The translations under genes were made by a program, and so were the position numbers. Shown one piece after another: positions 60,456 through 64,000 of a DNA stretch of 64,000 nt (position 1 is its first letter; the number at the start of each line of letters is the position of its first letter). This stretch comes from Gracilinanus agilis (taxonomy: Eukaryota). Location of the stretch: assembly GCF_016433145.1 (NCBI RefSeq), contig NC_058134.1, positions 303,014,392 through 303,078,391 on the forward strand. Reading direction: 5' to 3'. The notes below the pieces were generated by a model. That model was not told the origin of the DNA, made no database searches, and saw only the letters and a program-made list of their open reading frames with translations.

Positions 60456-62679
60456 TTAAGGATTGGTTGCTACTCTCATAGAATTCTAGGGAGAGCCCTG
60501 AGTGAAACCCCATTTCAGTGTGTTCTCCCAGTTTTCTTTTGGCGGGCATTAGTACCCCAATATAATTTAACCAGTTGACATCAATTAGCTTTTAAGGTAT
60601 TTACTAAGAAGATAAAGCAAACAATTTGAACAAAAGTATAAATATCACCTACACACACACACACCTGGGGACACATTCTCCCCAGTTCTACCTGGGTCCC
60701 TAGAGAGAATGCACTCAACCTCAAATCAGTTGCTTTTGCAAATCTGCTGCATTTGCCTTGCAAAGTTGTTGGTTTTTTGTTCTTTTTTTTTTTTCCTCTC
60801 CAAATGTGGCATAGTTGATGGATGAGTTGCTGTCTCTCCCTCTTGGTACCTTGGATCCACTGCAATCCTTCAGGGAGCAACTCCCTCAGGAATTTGCTCC
60901 CTATTCGGTCTGACTGTTTGCAAAACCAGACATGGACTCTTACCTCCTATACCCTTGGTGGGTGGCATAAGGTGGCAAGTCAAGTTGGGTTCTCCTTCAA
61001 CAAAATGCAAGTAGGAACAAATACAAAGGGAGACGAACAGAGGTTTTTATTTAGAGATCCCTTATTGACCAAACTGGGGAGCCAGAGTGGTTGCTTCTGC
61101 TATTCCTATCTCTCCCAGCAAGAGCAGTGACATGTATTCTTAGATTCATGGTGGCTTCAAATGAGAAAGCCTGCATCTCCTCTCCTACCCAGAAAAAACC
61201 ACTAGCATTTATTCCCCTTGCTTACCACCAGAAAAGGAAAATTAAGGGCTGAGTTGCCCCAAAGGGAATATTTTGTATGCATTCCTCATTCCAGGAGAGC
61301 AGATAATCAAAAGTCAGTCTCTTTACCATGTGATTTGGAGACCTGAAACAGAAAATCTGTATGTTCCCTGAAGTGCACAAGGGAACTAAATAATCCACTC
61401 CTAAAGGCTGTGCATAGTTAGGGTCTGTGACAGAGTCTTTCCCTGGGGTCTCATTATGACTTGGGGTGATGGTGCGCTAGGTGCCATCTGTGCCAGTAGA
61501 GTTCTGCCTCTGGAAAGTCTACTACTGCTCCAGTATGACAAGGGGACAATGATCTCATTTAGAAGGTTGCTCCCTCCAGTGACACTAATCACAACGGAGA
61601 CCATCCACACCTGCCCAACTTTATTTATTCATGGCCATGCTCCCCCTCATAAGTTTGCCATTGGAATTTTTCTCAGGTTCTCTTGACTCATGATTCTGCC
61701 AATGGAACACATGGGCTGTTCATTGGCAATCTCTCATTCTCGTTGCATGTTATTAGCCTTCAGTCTTCATTTTCAACTGAATTGAAAATGAAAATGAAAA
61801 AATAAAAATAAAAACAAAATGAAATGAAATGATATTTTAGTGACATCCTTTTCCTCATTCTTCCCATGACACTTTTGGTTTTCAGTTGTTGCTTTTAGTT
61901 CACTTTCACTATGAACCACACAATTGCTGTTGGTAAGTTCTTAACTTCATGGCTTCAGAATTGGTTCTGTTCCATGACTCACAAATATGCAAAGTTATTG
62001 GGAGAACAAAGTTGTTAAAAAAGATCAGCCTTTGGGGCATCTCAGGGACAAATTTACAACCGTTAAATAAACTTTAGAATTTACCAAAGACAATCCAACC
62101 TGCTTTAATTTTCTGTTCAATTATCCTTCTACAGTGTCTCTGCAAAATATGGGTTAAAATGGAGAAGCCTTATAGGCCACAAATCTAAAACATATTATAA
62201 ACTGGAGAGTGAGCTTTGCTTCCCCCCCCCCCCCCATGTGGTTGGTTAAAATAAACTTTATGGATCTAATCTAGTGAGCTTTGCACTACAATGAAACTTG
62301 GGGCAACCAATAGCTTAACCAAATAGGACCATCTGGGAGATCTTTACATATGTAGGACATTCATTTCCAGCTTAATATCTGCATTGGACTTGCCTGGGTC
62401 AATGGGTCATCTTTGATGACTGTTAGTTTTCCCTGATTCATATATGCTTGATATTAATAATCAGGGAGTCAATGAACAAAGGTCTCTCTACTTCATTTTT
62501 CAAGGAATCTTGAATTATTTTGACATATGCATATGGTATACCTAGTTGGAGGTAAGTCTTTATGATAGTATGCACTGTCACAAATTGAATGCTTTGTTAA
62601 AAGCAGCCTGAATAAATACAGCAACATCTTGTATTCCTTTGTTGCTTTCAGTCAGTTGTATAATGATAATAAAATTACC

Positions 62680-62990
62680 TATTGTTGGCAATTTTGTGTT
62701 GAATGCCTGCCTATTCCTTTGAAGATGGCATGACCTCCATTGCCGACCTCCTCTGTATTGGGTTCATCTAGTCCAGCTGCTTGGCCTATCTTTGTTTTCT
62801 TCAATGCCATATCTGCTTCCTTAAGAAGCACATCTGTGATTGTGACTCTGTATGTGGGAGCTCCACTGTCCTTGAATGTGAAAAGTTTGTTATTAAAATC
62901 TTTATAAATATTATCCTTTTTTTCAAATTTTGGTTTCTTCTTCTTTTCTAGTTTAATCCATGAATGGCCTTGGGAAGATTTCATTCAGCT
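62680..62990 (-). mobile_element. RTE-clade LINE relic (endonuclease-RT linker region)
   Basis: FNNKLF..TDVLLKEADMALKKTKIGQAAGLDEPNTEEVGNGGHAIF resembles the RTE/RTEX motif DVLP.EV..ALK..K.GKAAGPD....E....GG. Confidence 0.7.
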
Positions 62991-63064
62991 GAGTCTCTCA
63001 TCAAACTTTTGTCCACATTTTTTATTCCATTTTTTAATTTACTATTTAGCAAAGCCATGCACAC

Positions 63065-64000
63065 TTCTTTTTTCTTTTCTTTTTTTTTTATTTAGAATAT
63101 TTTCCATGGTTACATGATTCACGACTTCCCCCCTCTCAGAGCTGACAAGCAGTTCCACTGGGTATACAAGTATTATCATTCAAAACCTATTTCCATGTTA
63201 TTCATATTTGCAATAGAGTGATCTTTTAACATCAAAACCCCAAACATATCCCCATCGAATTCTGTGATCAATCATAATGTTTTTTGTCTGGCTTTCTACT
63301 CCCACAGTTCTTTCTATGGATGTGGATGGCATTCTTTCTCCTAAGTTCCTCTGGATTGTCCTGAATCATTACATTGCTGCTGGTAGAAAAGTCTATTACA
63401 TTTGATTGTGCCATAATGTATCTATAGTCTCTGTGTACAATGTTCTCCCAGTTCTGCTCCTTTTGCTCTGCATCAATTCCTGGAGGTCATTCCAGTTCAC
63501 ATGGAGTTCCTCCAGTTTATTATTCCTTTGAGCACAATTATATTCCATCACCAACAGATACCACAATTTGCTCAGCCATTCCCCAATTGATGGACACCCC
63601 CTCATTTTCCAGTTTGTTTGTTTTTTTGTCACTACAAAGAGTACAGCTATAAATATTTTTGTACAAGTATGTTTCCCTATTATCTCTTTGGGGCACGAAC
63701 TCAACAGAGGTATGGCTGGATCAAAGGGCAGGCAGTCTTTTAAAGCCCTTTGGGTATAATTCCAAATTGCCTTCCAGAATAGTTGGATCAATTCACAATT
63801 CCACCAACAATGCATTAGTGTCCCAATTTTGCCACATCCCCTCCAAAATTTATTATTTTCCCTTACTGTCATATTGGCCAATCTGCTAAGTATGAGGTGG
63901 TACTGCAGATTTTCTAAAAATGTCCATTCCTCTAATCAGGAGAGATTTAGAATCATGTGCTTATCGGCAGTTTTGATTTCTTTCTCTGAAAACTGCCTAT
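63065..64000 (-). mobile_element. LINE-1 3' end with the ORF2 C-terminal region, continuing past the window
   Basis: NNKFWRGCGKIGTLMHCWWNCELIQLFWKAIWNY..DPAIPLL..CPSIGEWLSKLWY (ORF 63396-63881); T-rich tail at ~63065-63090. Confidence 0.92.

Noticed and set aside
1-64000. Most entries in the six-frame ORF track as host genes
   Set aside because: They are short, often start at non-ATG codons, overlap repeats, microsatellites or N-runs, and show no recognisable domain. The only recognisable peptides are L1 ORF1/ORF2, CR1 RT and RTE remnants.
1-64000. CRISPR arrays, rRNA, true tRNA genes, prokaryote-type systems
   Set aside because: There is no repeat-spacer array or rRNA-like sequence. The tRNA-like A/B boxes all belong to SINE heads followed by CORE sequence.

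Overview
Vertebrate genomic DNA, almost certainly marsupial (opossum/Monodelphis-like). The evidence is the many SINE1_Mdo-type tRNA-derived SINEs, marsupial-type L1 ORF1/ORF2 remnants, and MIR/L2/L3(CR1)/RTE relics. There are three assembly gaps (7952-8124, 35843-36066, 42073-42209). The only host gene I can support is the 3' end of TAFA5 (FAM19A5) on the + strand: last intron (1-15397), a terminal exon with only 9 coding nt (GTC TCC TGA = V-S-stop, 15398-15406), and a ~2.2 kb 3'UTR with candidate proximal (ATTAAA) and distal (AATAAA) poly(A) signals. This identification rests on my recollection of the human TAFA5 C-terminus (..IKTTTVS*) and 3'UTR blocks and was not checked by a search. The other ~46 kb is gene-free and dominated by transposable elements. 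Many have readable target-site duplications: nested L1/LTR/SINE insertions, several solo LTRs, and a complete hAT MITE. There are also a few candidate enhancers and hairpins. All recognisable entries in the ORF track are TE remnants (L1, CR1, RTE); the rest look like chance ORFs. I did not find evidence of a new biological system. The findings are regulatory and TE-evolution observations of modest interest. Boundaries of old repeats are approximate.
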